Positions 21,320-30,684 of a stretch of 64,000 nucleotides of DNA are shown piece by piece; the stretch's first letter is position 1; the number at the start of each line of letters is the position of its first letter. This stretch comes from an uncultured Actinomycetes bacterium (GTDB lineage Bacteria > Actinomycetota > Thermoleophilia > RBG-16-64-13), in NCBI GenBank assembly GCA_963706025.1, contig CAVPLM010000005.1:992001-1056000 (forward strand). Reading direction: 5' to 3'. The notes beneath the pieces were generated by a model that was given only the letters and a program-made list of their open reading frames with translations, was not told the DNA's origin and did not search any database. A program made the position numbers and the translations under genes.

Positions 21320-21817
21320 ATGACATGGCCCAGATCGCACAAGAGCGGGCGAAGGCCGACTGCTCTGGCCCGTTTCGCCGCCACTGGTCCGGAGCACATC
21401 AACTGCGCGCAAGCCGTCGTCGCTTTCGCGCTCGACATGATGGGGGAAGACCCTGATCTGGTGGTGACCGCCGGCTATTTCGGAGGAGGGATAGCGGGGA
21501 TGGGAGAGGCCTGCGGCGCGGTCACGGGAGCGGCCCTGGCTCTGGGCCTGCGCGACTACTGCAGGAAGGGAATCGTCGTCGATGGCCCGAACCCGACTCC
21601 CGATCTCCTGAAAGGGCTGATGCGCGACTTCGCCGGTCAGTTTGGATCTCGGCGGTGTGGAGAACTCACCGGCCACGATCTGAGCACGCCCGAGGGATTC
21701 GAGTTGTTCCATAAGAGCGAGATCCGCGACAGGTGCCCGCTCTACGTCGGCTGGGTCTGCGACCGCTTGGCACCCCTTCTGGTCGAGCAGGAAACGCCCG
21801 CTCCACCCAGCGAGTAA
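21320..21817 (+). CDS. C-GCAxxG-C-C family putative redox protein
   Basis: NCAQAV, FGGG..GEACGAVTG, CGELTG, RC. Confidence 0.88.
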   Translation: MTWPRSHKSGRRPTALARFAATGPEHINCAQAVVAFALDMMGEDPDLVVTAGYFGGGIAGMGEACGAVTGAALALGLRDYCRKGIVVDGPNPTPDLLKGLMRDFAGQFGSRRCGELTGHDLSTPEGFELFHKSEIRDRCPLYVGWVCDRLAPLLVEQETPAPPSE

Positions 21818-21860
21818 TCGGGTAGGGGCCGGGCTCACCCCGGCACCTCCCACAACGCCG
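21817..21860 (-). mobile_element. 5'-truncated group IIC intron remnant (end of domain V plus domain VI)
   Basis: The minus strand reads GGCGTTGTGGGAGG-TGCCGGGGTGAGCCCGGC-CCCTACCCGAT, the canonical CCTAC(C/T)CGAT 3' end, directly after a terminator-like hairpin. Confidence 0.65.
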
Positions 21861-21889
21861 GAGGCCGCCCCGATAACGGGACGGCCTCC
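21860..21889 (-). terminator. 13-bp GC-rich hairpin
   Basis: GGAGGCCGTCCCG-TTAT-CGGGGCGGCCTCC on the minus strand, with one G-U pair. Confidence 0.65.
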
Positions 21890-22055
21890 ACAAGCTCTTA
21901 TGAAGCGCTGCGACCCCGAAGGCGCCGTCGGAAGGCGTCAGTCGGGAATCCAACGACTAAAGGCGAGCGCCACCTCCGGTCCAATGGCCGCTGCGCTTAC
22001 TAGGCATGCTGTCTATTGGGACCACCTCCTTTCCACGCTTGATGAGATTCTAGCA
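21890..22055 (-). other. Candidate small transcript (sRNA or 16-aa peptide mRNA) with an extended Shine-Dalgarno
   Basis: Extended -10 TGCTAGAAT (22047-22055), GAAAGGAGGTGGTCC (22019-22033), ORF 21957-22007 MPSKRSGHWTGGGARL*, and a downstream hairpin. Confidence 0.45.
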
Positions 22056-22131
22056 AACGGGACCGCGGCCTACCAGAGGTGTGTGGGCGGCGGGAGCCAA
22101 GTGACAGACGACGGCCCATACGCCGCGTACG

Positions 22132-23103
22132 CTATCCTCGACCGGGCGATGACTTTCGCGGCCAATCATCTTTCAGAAGGCGCGACAGAGCTCGATCGGC
22201 CAGGATACGGCCCTTGGTCTGGCAGCCGGGACAGTAGTCACATTCGTTTTCCGCGTACACGATGCGCTGGACGGCTGCTCCGCAGTCAGGGCATGGAGAG
22301 CCGAAGCGTCCGTGCACCGCCATCTCGGGGCGAAAGGCCGTGACCTTTTCGGGAAAGCCTTCCCGAGCCTCGGCCCGCAGCCGTTCGGTCCATTCCTCCA
22401 GCACCTCCACGGCTGCCGCATGGAGTCCGGCCACCTCTGCCGCCTCCAAGGCCTTGGTCTGCTTGAGGGGAGACATTCGAGCCCGATGAAGGATCTCGTC
22501 CGAATAGGCGTTGCCGATCCCGCTGATCGTGTGAGGATCGGTAAGGGCCCGCTTGACAGTCCGATTCTCACGCCGAAGGGCCGCCTCGAACTCCTCCAGA
22601 CTCGAGCCGATGATCTCCAGCCCGCCGGGGTCGAGATCCGCGAGAGCATCCCGGCCCTTGACCAGGCGAAGAGAGGCCCGTCGTTTCTTGCCGGCCTCGG
22701 TGAGGATCAAGCTGCCGGTGGCGAAGTCGAAGGCGGCCAGCCCCGAGCCCTTGGGAACCGGAGATCGCGCCTCTTTCCAGTGCAACCGGCCGGCGATCAT
22801 CAGGTGCAGCACGAGAAAGAGGGGGACGTCATGTTTGGGGTCTGCGGGCGCGGGGGCTACGGCGACGGTAGCCGTGGAGTCGGGCACGACGGTCGCCTGG
22901 CCGGGCGCGGCCGTCACCTCGAAGACGATGCGCTTGCCCAACCGTTCGATCGCCGCGACACGGCCCCCGGCCACGGCCTCCAGCGGAGGGTCGACCGTGC
23001 GCAGCAAGAAAGGATTGGCCAGTCGGATCCCCAGCAGAGTCTCGCCCAGGATCCGAGGCCTCAGGGCTTCGATGTAGGCTTCGATGTCGGGTATCTCGGG
23101 CAT
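22132..23103 (-). CDS. Fpg/Nei family DNA glycosylase
   Basis: N-terminal MPEIPD, RLGKR, HLMIAG, H2TH SGIGNAYSDEIL, zinc finger CPDC..CPGCQ. Confidence 0.92.
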   Translation of the reverse strand: MPEIPDIEAYIEALRPRILGETLLGIRLANPFLLRTVDPPLEAVAGGRVAAIERLGKRIVFEVTAAPGQATVVPDSTATVAVAPAPADPKHDVPLFLVLHLMIAGRLHWKEARSPVPKGSGLAAFDFATGSLILTEAGKKRRASLRLVKGRDALADLDPGGLEIIGSSLEEFEAALRRENRTVKRALTDPHTISGIGNAYSDEILHRARMSPLKQTKALEAAEVAGLHAAAVEVLEEWTERLRAEAREGFPEKVTAFRPEMAVHGRFGSPCPDCGAAVQRIVYAENECDYCPGCQTKGRILADRALSRLLKDDWPRKSSPGRG

Positions 23104-23153
23104 CGGAGATCGCGACCAGTATAGCCGCGCACCCGAGGCTGTATCCTGGCTGC

Positions 23154-24437
23154 ATGAAGCGATGCCTGACCACGTGGTGCATCATCGCCTGCCTTTGCGG
23201 CGCGGTGATGACGAGTTGCGACGGTCTCTCGGACGCCGGCCCGTCTGCCGCGGAGACACAGGCGAGCACCGCCCCGACGCCTGCGGCGACGGAGGCGGCG
23301 GCCGCGGCCACCTCGACCACCACGCTCCCGGCCACGACGACGACGTTGCCGTCTCCCGCGGAAGTGCTGTTGGCCGATATGACTCTGCGCCAGAAGGCGG
23401 CCCAGGTCCTGCTGCTCGCCATCGACGGGACCACCCTCTCCACGAGCACCCAGGAGCTGCTGGCCGAGGGTCCCCCGGGCGGGATCCTACTCCTGGGACG
23501 TAACGTGCAAGGAGCAGAGCAGACGCGCAGATTCACAGAAGATCTGCAGAAGGCAGCCGCGTCTGGCGGGTCGGGGATCGGGCTGTTCATCGCCGTGGAC
23601 CAAGAGGGTGGGCTCGTCCAACGTATCCACGAAGGCGTACCCGAAGTCCCACGGGCTCGAAAGCTCGGAGAGACCTCCTCCCCGGAGGAGGCAGCTCTCC
23701 TGGCGGTGGAGACGGCTCAAGGGCTCCTCGCTCTCGGGGTGAACATGAACCTGGCGCCCGTGGCGGATGTGGTCGCCGACCAGGGTTCGTTCCTGTACCA
23801 AAGGAGTTACGGAGGAGAGGTGGGACTCGTCTCCGGATTCGTCACCGCGGTCGCCGAAGCCTACGCCGACAACGGATTGATCTCGGTGGTGAAGCACTTC
23901 CCCGGTCACGGCAGCGCCTCCGGCAACACCCACGGGGAGGCGGTCATCTCGAACGCCACCCAGGCCGAGTTCGAGACCGTCCACCTGCCGCCGTTCCGGG
24001 CCGCCATCGACGCCGGAGCCGAGGGGGTCATGATGGCTCACATCATCGCCACCGCTTACGATGCCGAGGAACCCGCGTCTCGATCCGCCGCCGTCATCGA
24101 AGGGTTGCTGCGTGACGAGTTGGGCTTCACCGGCCTCGCGATATCGGACGACCTGGAGATGGCCGCAGCGACCGCGTCGGCAGCGGCCGGTTCGGGAGCC
24201 GAGGCCGAGGCAGGACAGGCGACTGCGCTCGGGAAGGCGGCGGTAGCCGCGCTCAACGCCGGCTGTGATCTCCTCATCTGCACTGGCACCCTTGCCCGGA
24301 ACTTGGAGTTGCTGGACGCCATCGTCGCCGCCGTCGAAACCAGCGCGGTGTCTTCGGCCAGGCTCGACGAAGCCGTTTTGAGGGTGCTCGAGCTCAAACT
24401 CCGCCACGAGATAGTGGGACCCCCGCTCGCGCCCTGA
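23154..24437 (+). CDS. GH3 beta-N-acetylhexosaminidase lipoprotein (NagZ-like)
   Basis: VDQEGGLVQR, NLAPVAD, KHFPGHG, MMAH, SDDLEM. Confidence 0.9.
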   Translation: MKRCLTTWCIIACLCGAVMTSCDGLSDAGPSAAETQASTAPTPAATEAAAAATSTTTLPATTTTLPSPAEVLLADMTLRQKAAQVLLLAIDGTTLSTSTQELLAEGPPGGILLLGRNVQGAEQTRRFTEDLQKAAASGGSGIGLFIAVDQEGGLVQRIHEGVPEVPRARKLGETSSPEEAALLAVETAQGLLALGVNMNLAPVADVVADQGSFLYQRSYGGEVGLVSGFVTAVAEAYADNGLISVVKHFPGHGSASGNTHGEAVISNATQAEFETVHLPPFRAAIDAGAEGVMMAHIIATAYDAEEPASRSAAVIEGLLRDELGFTGLAISDDLEMAAATASAAAGSGAEAEAGQATALGKAAVAALNAGCDLLICTGTLARNLELLDAIVAAVETSAVSSARLDEAVLRVLELKLRHEIVGPPLAP

Positions 24438-24497
24438 CCGTGAGCCCTGTTACCATGGGGCCGCTTGCCGGCCCGGTGCCAAGAGAAGGAGCTGGGT

Positions 24498-25094
24498 ATG
24501 GATGTGCGCTTCCTCAACGCTTCACGGACCAAGTCGACCCGACTGTTGAAGTCAGGCATGCTGATAGCCTGTGTTTCTTGCGCCTTCACCCTGCTGCTCT
24601 TGGCCGCATGCGGGGGTGACGACTCCAACTCCAGCACTGCCACCACCTCGGGCGGCGACTCCGCGTCGACCACAGTCCAGGCTGCGGAGATGACTCCGGA
24701 CGAATTGGGAGATGCCGCCGTCGCCACCTGGAGCGAAGCCATGCAGGAACTGGTCGCCCTCTTGGAGAGCAAGCCGGAGGCCGCGACCATCCAGAGCCAG
24801 GTGGAGCAGCTGAAAGAGACATACGTCGTCAAGTTGGTGGCGCTCGGACGGTTGAGAGAGGCGCTCTCCGACAGTGACAAAGCAAAGGTGAGTTCTGGCA
24901 TCACGGCGGGATTGGAGGCTACCGCAGACGAGCCCTGGTTCATGAGCTACATGGAGATCTACGACGGTTACTCGGACGGCGACCTGGGATTCGCGAACCT
25001 TCTGGCTTCCTTCAACATCCTCACCCAGTATGCCGACTTCGAGCTGCTGAAACAGCAGGCTCCGGAGGAGGCTGCCCGCCTAGGAATCGAGTAG
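24498..25094 (+). CDS. Hypothetical lipoprotein
   Basis: RBS AAGGAG, lipobox LLAAC, helical body ending SFNILTQYADFELLKQQAPEEAARLG. Confidence 0.75.
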   Translation: MDVRFLNASRTKSTRLLKSGMLIACVSCAFTLLLLAACGGDDSNSSTATTSGGDSASTTVQAAEMTPDELGDAAVATWSEAMQELVALLESKPEAATIQSQVEQLKETYVVKLVALGRLREALSDSDKAKVSSGITAGLEATADEPWFMSYMEIYDGYSDGDLGFANLLASFNILTQYADFELLKQQAPEEAARLGIE

Positions 25095-25162
25095 CGTCCG
25101 CGGCGAGCAGGCCTCTGTTCCGGTCAGGCCGAGCGTCGACCGGCCCAGCCGTCACCGAAAGG

Positions 25163-25202
25163 CGGCGGGGGCGCGCCCGTATGGGCGCGCCCCCGCCGTT
25201 TC
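25163..25202. terminator. Intrinsic terminator between convergent genes
   Basis: CGGCGGGGGCGCGCCC-GTAT-GGGCGCGCCCCCGCCG followed by TTT. Confidence 0.75.
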
Positions 25203-25291
25203 CCCCCGGTAGTCCACGCACGAGTCGCTGACAACGCCGGTTCACCGGCGAACTCCTCTTGGTCGAGCGCCTCTTGGTCAAGCGCCCTGGG

Positions 25292-26893
25292 TCAACTATC
25301 GAGTATCTTCTCGGCCTCTTCTTTGAAGGCGTCCATCACGTACTGGATGCCCGATACCTTGGCCGCATCTTCGGTAAGGGCGATCACGTCGCTCCGGTTC
25401 ATAGTGTCGAGGCGGAAGCTACGGGCGCCGGCCATGAACTGGGTCAGACCGGTGCGCAGTTTGTCCACGAAGGTGTAGATGGCTACGGCGCCCAGCGGGA
25501 TCTTGTCCATCCTGGCACCGTATTTGTCCTTGAGAGTCGAGTGTGTAACGAAGATCTCCTCAGGCGTCTGGCCATACTTCTTGACCGGCGTCGGCAGTTC
25601 GTTCCACAGGCCCTGACGACTTCCATCGCCCACCACGCCCTCGATGTTGCTGCCCACGAAACCGGGGATCATGAGGGCCCGGCCCATGCACACCGCTTTG
25701 AAGTAGGGGGCCCCCATGGCCAGCACCTTGAAGATGTGGTCCTCGGTAGAGAAACCGCCGGCCATGGCCAGGTCGGGAGTCCACTCGCCCCGGGTGGCCA
25801 GGCGTTTCGCGCACTCATAGGCCATGGCCTGCAGGTAGAAGGTGGGCACGCCCCACTCCTCCATCATGCGCCACGGGCTCATGCCGGTGCCGCCACCGGA
25901 GCCATCGATGGTGACCAGGTCGACCCGCGCCTTGGACGACCACTTGATAGCCCGCGCCAGCTCCGGATATCCGTAAGCTCCGGTCTTGAGTGTGACCCGT
26001 TTCACTCCCAGGCTCCGGCGCAGTTGCTCGACCGAGCGCAGGAACTGCTCCTCGTCGATGAAACCCAGCCGGGAATGACGTTCGAACTCCTTGATCCCTC
26101 CGCTCTCGAAGGCCCTGCGCACCGCCGGGAGGCTCGGATTGGGAGTGATGATGTAGCCGCGTTTCTGCAACTCGATCGCGCGGTCCAGATCGCGGATCTT
26201 GATCTCGCCACCGATGCACTTGGCTCCCTGGCCCCACTTGAGCTCGATGGTCTCCACTCCGAGCTTCTCGACCACGTATTCAGCCACGCCGAAAACGGTG
26301 TCTTCCACGTTGAGCTGGACGATGATGTCACCGAAATCCTCTTGCCACTGCTTGTAGATCTTGATCCGCCGCTCCATCTCGGGCGACCGCTTGATTCGAC
26401 CGTCTTTGTAGAATTCGGCCGCCGGATCAATACCACAGACGTTCTCGCCTACTACCAGGGAAATGCCTGAGATAGCCGCACCGATGGCGAACGTCTCCCA
26501 GTACTTCCGGGCAACGTCGGTCGAGCCGAGCGCACCGGTGAAGACAGGCATGCGCATGCGCACCGGGTGCATGTGACCGTAGACGGCGGTCGTGTCGACC
26601 ACGGGGAAGATCGCCTTGTTAGGGTTGGCTTCGTCGATAGCCTTTGCCCCCATCGCGAAGCCGAGGATATTGAGATGCGAGTAATCCACGGGGAACTGCT
26701 TGTCCCCACCGGCGGTCATCTCGCCGAAGGGACCCGGGTACACCACTTCGCGCCCGCGGAAGGACGACCTGAACACGTCGCAGTTGCCCTGACAGTCGGC
26801 CATGCAACGCGTGCAAACCCCGGAACTCGCCACGTCGCGCGAGCGGTTCCTGGTGTCGAGCGCCTCACTGGATCCGGTGTGTGAGAAGTTCAT
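25292..26893 (-). CDS. Stand-alone FMN-binding glutamate synthase family protein
   Basis: RBS AGGAGG, CTRC...C, TGALGST, VGENVCGID, ELKWGQGAKCIGGE, LKTGAY, DGSGGGTGMSP. Confidence 0.9.
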   Translation of the reverse strand: MNFSHTGSSEALDTRNRSRDVASSGVCTRCMADCQGNCDVFRSSFRGREVVYPGPFGEMTAGGDKQFPVDYSHLNILGFAMGAKAIDEANPNKAIFPVVDTTAVYGHMHPVRMRMPVFTGALGSTDVARKYWETFAIGAAISGISLVVGENVCGIDPAAEFYKDGRIKRSPEMERRIKIYKQWQEDFGDIIVQLNVEDTVFGVAEYVVEKLGVETIELKWGQGAKCIGGEIKIRDLDRAIELQKRGYIITPNPSLPAVRRAFESGGIKEFERHSRLGFIDEEQFLRSVEQLRRSLGVKRVTLKTGAYGYPELARAIKWSSKARVDLVTIDGSGGGTGMSPWRMMEEWGVPTFYLQAMAYECAKRLATRGEWTPDLAMAGGFSTEDHIFKVLAMGAPYFKAVCMGRALMIPGFVGSNIEGVVGDGSRQGLWNELPTPVKKYGQTPEEIFVTHSTLKDKYGARMDKIPLGAVAIYTFVDKLRTGLTQFMAGARSFRLDTMNRSDVIALTEDAAKVSGIQYVMDAFKEEAEKILDS

Positions 26894-27060
26894 TCGGCTA
26901 GACCTCCTGCCTGAGTTGCCACCCTGCCGGCACATGCCGCCCTCTGCCGGTACGAACCTGCCGCGTACAAGCAAGGCGGAAAGATTCTATTCTAGTGGCT
27001 GACTAATCATGCACAATCGCCAACTGTACAAAGACTGAGGCCATTTCCCTGGTCAAAAGT

Positions 27061-27813
27061 CTAGTTGCCCCGAGAATGCGCCGCTATGAACTCCAGGGTG
27101 CCTGCGAAGATGCGCTCCTTGTCATGGTCCATCGTGGCCACGTGATAGGAATCGCGCAGCTCGATCATCGTCTTGTCGGTGGACGAAATCGCCCCGTAGA
27201 GCTCGCGCTGGTTCGCCGGAGGAACCACGTGGTCGATGACCGACGAGAAGACAAGAGCCGGGCAGCGGACGAGGGGAATATCCCGACGAACTTCGGCAAG
27301 GAGCAGGGCGAGCTGCCGAGCAGAACGCGCGGGGATCCGGTCGTACGCCTTCTCGTCCACCCCCGCCAGCTTAGTGTCGTTGCCGATGGCTTTCACCCAC
27401 CGGGGTCGCCCGATCAAGCCCAGAAAGTGCATCGTGCGCTCCTGCGGGTGCCGCACTATTGCGTTCACCGTGATCAAGCCGGCCACCTCAGGATGACGCT
27501 CGACCAGCCATAGGGCCAGCGTACCTCCCATCGAGAGGCCGAACGCGAAGATCTCGTCCGATCGCTCTCGCAGCCAGGCGCATGCCTGTTCGACATCCGC
27601 GGTCCATTCCGTCCAACGGGAGCTCTCCATCGCCTCGGCCGTAAGACCGTGGCCGGCAAGGAGGGGCAGCGCCACCGTGTAGCCCGCCCCTACCAACCGG
27701 AGAGCCATCTCCTGGACCGAACGGGGCGATCCGCCGAAGCCATGGCAAACAAGCACCCCGACCCGACCCCTGTCGCCGGATCCCACCGTGAAGAGAGCCT
27801 CGTTCCATTCCAT
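27061..27813 (-). CDS. Alpha/beta hydrolase (carboxylesterase/monoacylglycerol lipase-like)
   Basis: HGFGGSP, GLSMGG, DHVV, SYHVATMD. Confidence 0.9.
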   Translation of the reverse strand: MEWNEALFTVGSGDRGRVGVLVCHGFGGSPRSVQEMALRLVGAGYTVALPLLAGHGLTAEAMESSRWTEWTADVEQACAWLRERSDEIFAFGLSMGGTLALWLVERHPEVAGLITVNAIVRHPQERTMHFLGLIGRPRWVKAIGNDTKLAGVDEKAYDRIPARSARQLALLLAEVRRDIPLVRCPALVFSSVIDHVVPPANQRELYGAISSTDKTMIELRDSYHVATMDHDKERIFAGTLEFIAAHSRGN

Positions 27814-27986
27814 CCCGAGCCGCCTCCAGCCCCGGCCGCGCCGGGCTTGCTCGATACGTGCTCACTGCCCTATTGTACGGGCATCAGCCTCGGGCCGCAG
27901 TCGCGCATAGCGCGAGCGGGTCGCACGATCTCGGGCGCAGGCGTCGCCGATACAAGGGAGGCCGGACGGCAGGCAGACCCAAAGCA

Positions 27987-29531
27987 GTGATGGCGCTAGA
28001 CCAGGGGACCACGAGTTCCCGGGCGATCGTCTTCGGCCATGACGGCACCATCTTGGGGGCCGCACAGGAGGCGTTTCCCCAGCACTATCCGGAGCCCGGT
28101 TGGGTAGAGCACGACCCCGAAGACATCTGGGGGACCCAGCTCCGCTCGTGCCGGGCCGCCCTCGAACGGGCGGGTATCGGCGCCGCAGATCTGGCAGCCA
28201 TCGGCATCGCCAACCAGCGGGAGACGGTCCTCCTCTGGGATGCAGAGAACGGCGCTCCCTTGGGAAACGCCATCGTGTGGCAGTGCCGCCGGACGGCGGA
28301 CCGCTGCGCGGAACTGAGGGAGGCGGGGCTCGAGCCGGTCATCGAAGCCCGGACGGGGCTCCGGCTCGACCCCTACTTCAGCGCCACCAAGATCGGGTGG
28401 CTACTCGCGAACAGGCCTGGCGCTTCCGACCTGCTGGCGCGCGGCCGTCTGCGGGCGGGGACGATCGACAGCTTCCTCCTCTGGCGACTCACCGCCGGTC
28501 GACACCACATGACCGACCACAGTAATGCTTCCCGGACCATGCTGCTCGACCTGCACGGCCTCGAGTGGGCGGAAGACCTGCTCGATCTGTTCGGTATCCC
28601 CCGTTCGATCCTGCCGAGTGTGTGCCCTTCGTCGGCCGTGATCGGAGCGACCGAGCCGGCGTGGCTGGGAGCCGCGGTGCCCATCGCCGGCGTAGTAGGG
28701 GATCAGCAGGCGGCCCTCTTCGGGCAGGGCGGCCTCGACACGGGCGACTGCAAGAACACTTACGGGACAGGCTGCTTCTTGCTCATGAACGTCGGCTCCC
28801 GTCCTGCCCGACCGGAGCACGGTTTGCTGTCCACAGTGGCGTGGAGCCTGGGTCCGGGCTTGCGCGACGCCGGAGAGGGGGGCGCCGCGCAGGCGGGCGC
28901 CGCGCAAGACGGCGCCGGCGGAGGCGCGGTCGCGTACGCGCTCGAAGGCTCCGTGTTCATGGCCGGCGGGGCGGTCCAATGGCTGCGCGACGCCTTGGGG
29001 ATCGTCGACTCGTCCGCCGACGTTGGGCCGCTCGCGGCGCAGGCGCTTGACAACGGCGGGGTCTACTTCGTGCCCGCCCTGACGGGACTCGGGGCCCCGT
29101 ATTGGGACCCTTATGCCCGGGGCCTGCTGATCGGTCTCACTCGCGGTAACAGGCCCGAGCACCTCGCCAGAGCTACCGAAGAGGCCATCTGCTTCCAGAC
29201 CCGGGCAGTGCTCGATGCCATGCGCGAGACCTCGGGGGCCGACGTCGCCGGATTGCGAGCCGACGGGGGGGCGGCCGGCGACGATTTCCTCCTGCAACTA
29301 CAGGCCGACGTACTGGGCATCCCCGTGAGCCGGCCGCGCATCCTCGAGACCACCGCGCTGGGAGCCGCGGCGCTGGCGGGCCTGGCGGTCGGTTTCTGGT
29401 CGGAGACCGACGTCGGCCGGCTGGCGGGCACCGACCTCGTCTTCACGCCCCGCATGGATCCCGGCGAGCGCGAACGCCTCTATCGAGAGTGGCAGAGGGC
29501 CGTCGAGAGAACGCTGGGCTGGACTCGGTAG
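27987..29531 (+). CDS. glpK: Glycerol kinase (start approximate)
   Basis: DQGTTSSRA, GIANQRET, IVWQCRRT, DPYFSATK, GDQQAALFG, KNTYGTGCF, GLGAPYWD. Confidence 0.95.
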   Translation: MMALDQGTTSSRAIVFGHDGTILGAAQEAFPQHYPEPGWVEHDPEDIWGTQLRSCRAALERAGIGAADLAAIGIANQRETVLLWDAENGAPLGNAIVWQCRRTADRCAELREAGLEPVIEARTGLRLDPYFSATKIGWLLANRPGASDLLARGRLRAGTIDSFLLWRLTAGRHHMTDHSNASRTMLLDLHGLEWAEDLLDLFGIPRSILPSVCPSSAVIGATEPAWLGAAVPIAGVVGDQQAALFGQGGLDTGDCKNTYGTGCFLLMNVGSRPARPEHGLLSTVAWSLGPGLRDAGEGGAAQAGAAQDGAGGGAVAYALEGSVFMAGGAVQWLRDALGIVDSSADVGPLAAQALDNGGVYFVPALTGLGAPYWDPYARGLLIGLTRGNRPEHLARATEEAICFQTRAVLDAMRETSGADVAGLRADGGAAGDDFLLQLQADVLGIPVSRPRILETTALGAAALAGLAVGFWSETDVGRLAGTDLVFTPRMDPGERERLYREWQRAVERTLGWTR

Positions 29532-29574
29532 GTGGGCGGCGGCAGGCGATCCGGGCCGGCCGCCACCGCCCCGG

Positions 29575-30684
29575 CTAGCGTACCGCCTCCACCATGGCTT
29601 TGACGTTCTCGTACTTGGCGTCGATAGGGACGTCGCAGCCCGACGACAGTATGAAGCCGCCGGGCCCGATCTCGCTGATGAGCCGCTTGCAGTACTCGGT
29701 GACTTCGTCCGGAGTGCCCAGGCTGAACATCCGCGGGGGCACATCCCCCATGATGCACATGTGGTCGCCCAGGATCTCCTTAGCTTTGAAGATGTCCGTC
29801 TTTCCGTCCAAGGAGAGAACGCACTTGCCTTTGGGGAACTCCCGCAGACGCTCGAGATCGCGGGTCCAATTCGCGTCGAAGTGAAGGACGACGATGGCCC
29901 CCTCCTCCACCGCTGCCTCCACCATCTGCTGGTAGTACGGGAAGACGAAGCGGTTCCACAGGCGGGGAGAGATGAATTCGCTGGCTGAGCGCCAGCCCCC
30001 GATCCACAGGCCCATGAGGCCCAAGCCGCGGATGACCCGGCGCATGTTCTCGATGAGGACCGGCAGGGCCGCGTCCATGGCGGCCTGGACCCTGTCTCCG
30101 TGGCGGAAGAGATCGAGCAGGAACTCCTTCATGGAGCGTCCGCCACAGAAGTACTCATAGGGGATTGTCGCGACCGCCGGCGTGAACGGGACCACGCCTT
30201 TGTCCCGGCAGGCCTGCAAAGCATCGGGGATGGTCTTCGCGAACGCGCCGAAAGCTTCCAGCGTCCCCGGCAGACGTTCTCGGTAGTAACGCTCGACCCA
30301 GGGTCCAAAGCCCTCTTCGACGATAGCGTCGTAGTCCGCCAGGGTCATGATCTCAGCCTCGTCGACCTGCCAGAGCTCGTCCTCCGGCAACTCGCGTCCG
30401 GGGACCTTCACCCGCGAGAGCCACTGGATGCTGAGGCTGCTGACGTGATAGGCGGGACTCTGAATGCCGTCGATCTCACCGAGACCTGTGTATGCGTCGA
30501 TGATCGTCCGGTAGCAGACTTCGGGATTGGTGGCTATCTCCGAGATCTTGACGCCCATGGCCCGGCCCGGCCACGCAGGACCGTTGGGTACCACCGGCAC
30601 CCGGTCGGGGGTCTTCAGAGCCACGGCGTCGCGGATGCGCTGCTCGTGCACCTCAAAAAGCCGCCGTGTGGTCGCATCGCCCAT
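29575..30684 (-). CDS. URO-D/MtaA-like family corrinoid-dependent methyltransferase (HxD variant)
   Basis: PDRVPV, FISPRLWNRF, LHFD, CIMGDVP, GGFILSSGCDVP. Confidence 0.85.
   Translation of the reverse strand: MGDATTRRLFEVHEQRIRDAVALKTPDRVPVVPNGPAWPGRAMGVKISEIATNPEVCYRTIIDAYTGLGEIDGIQSPAYHVSSLSIQWLSRVKVPGRELPEDELWQVDEAEIMTLADYDAIVEEGFGPWVERYYRERLPGTLEAFGAFAKTIPDALQACRDKGVVPFTPAVATIPYEYFCGGRSMKEFLLDLFRHGDRVQAAMDAALPVLIENMRRVIRGLGLMGLWIGGWRSASEFISPRLWNRFVFPYYQQMVEAAVEEGAIVVLHFDANWTRDLERLREFPKGKCVLSLDGKTDIFKAKEILGDHMCIMGDVPPRMFSLGTPDEVTEYCKRLISEIGPGGFILSSGCDVPIDAKYENVKAMVEAVR

Noticed and set aside
21320-21817. Second selenoprotein among the redox genes (C-GCAxxG-C-C, DsrE2)
   Set aside because: All motif positions are ordinary Cys codons and there is no in-frame TGA.
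22019-22034. GGACCACCTCCTTTC resembling the 16S rRNA 3' end
   Set aside because: There is no other rRNA sequence around it. It is better explained as an extended SD on the minus strand.
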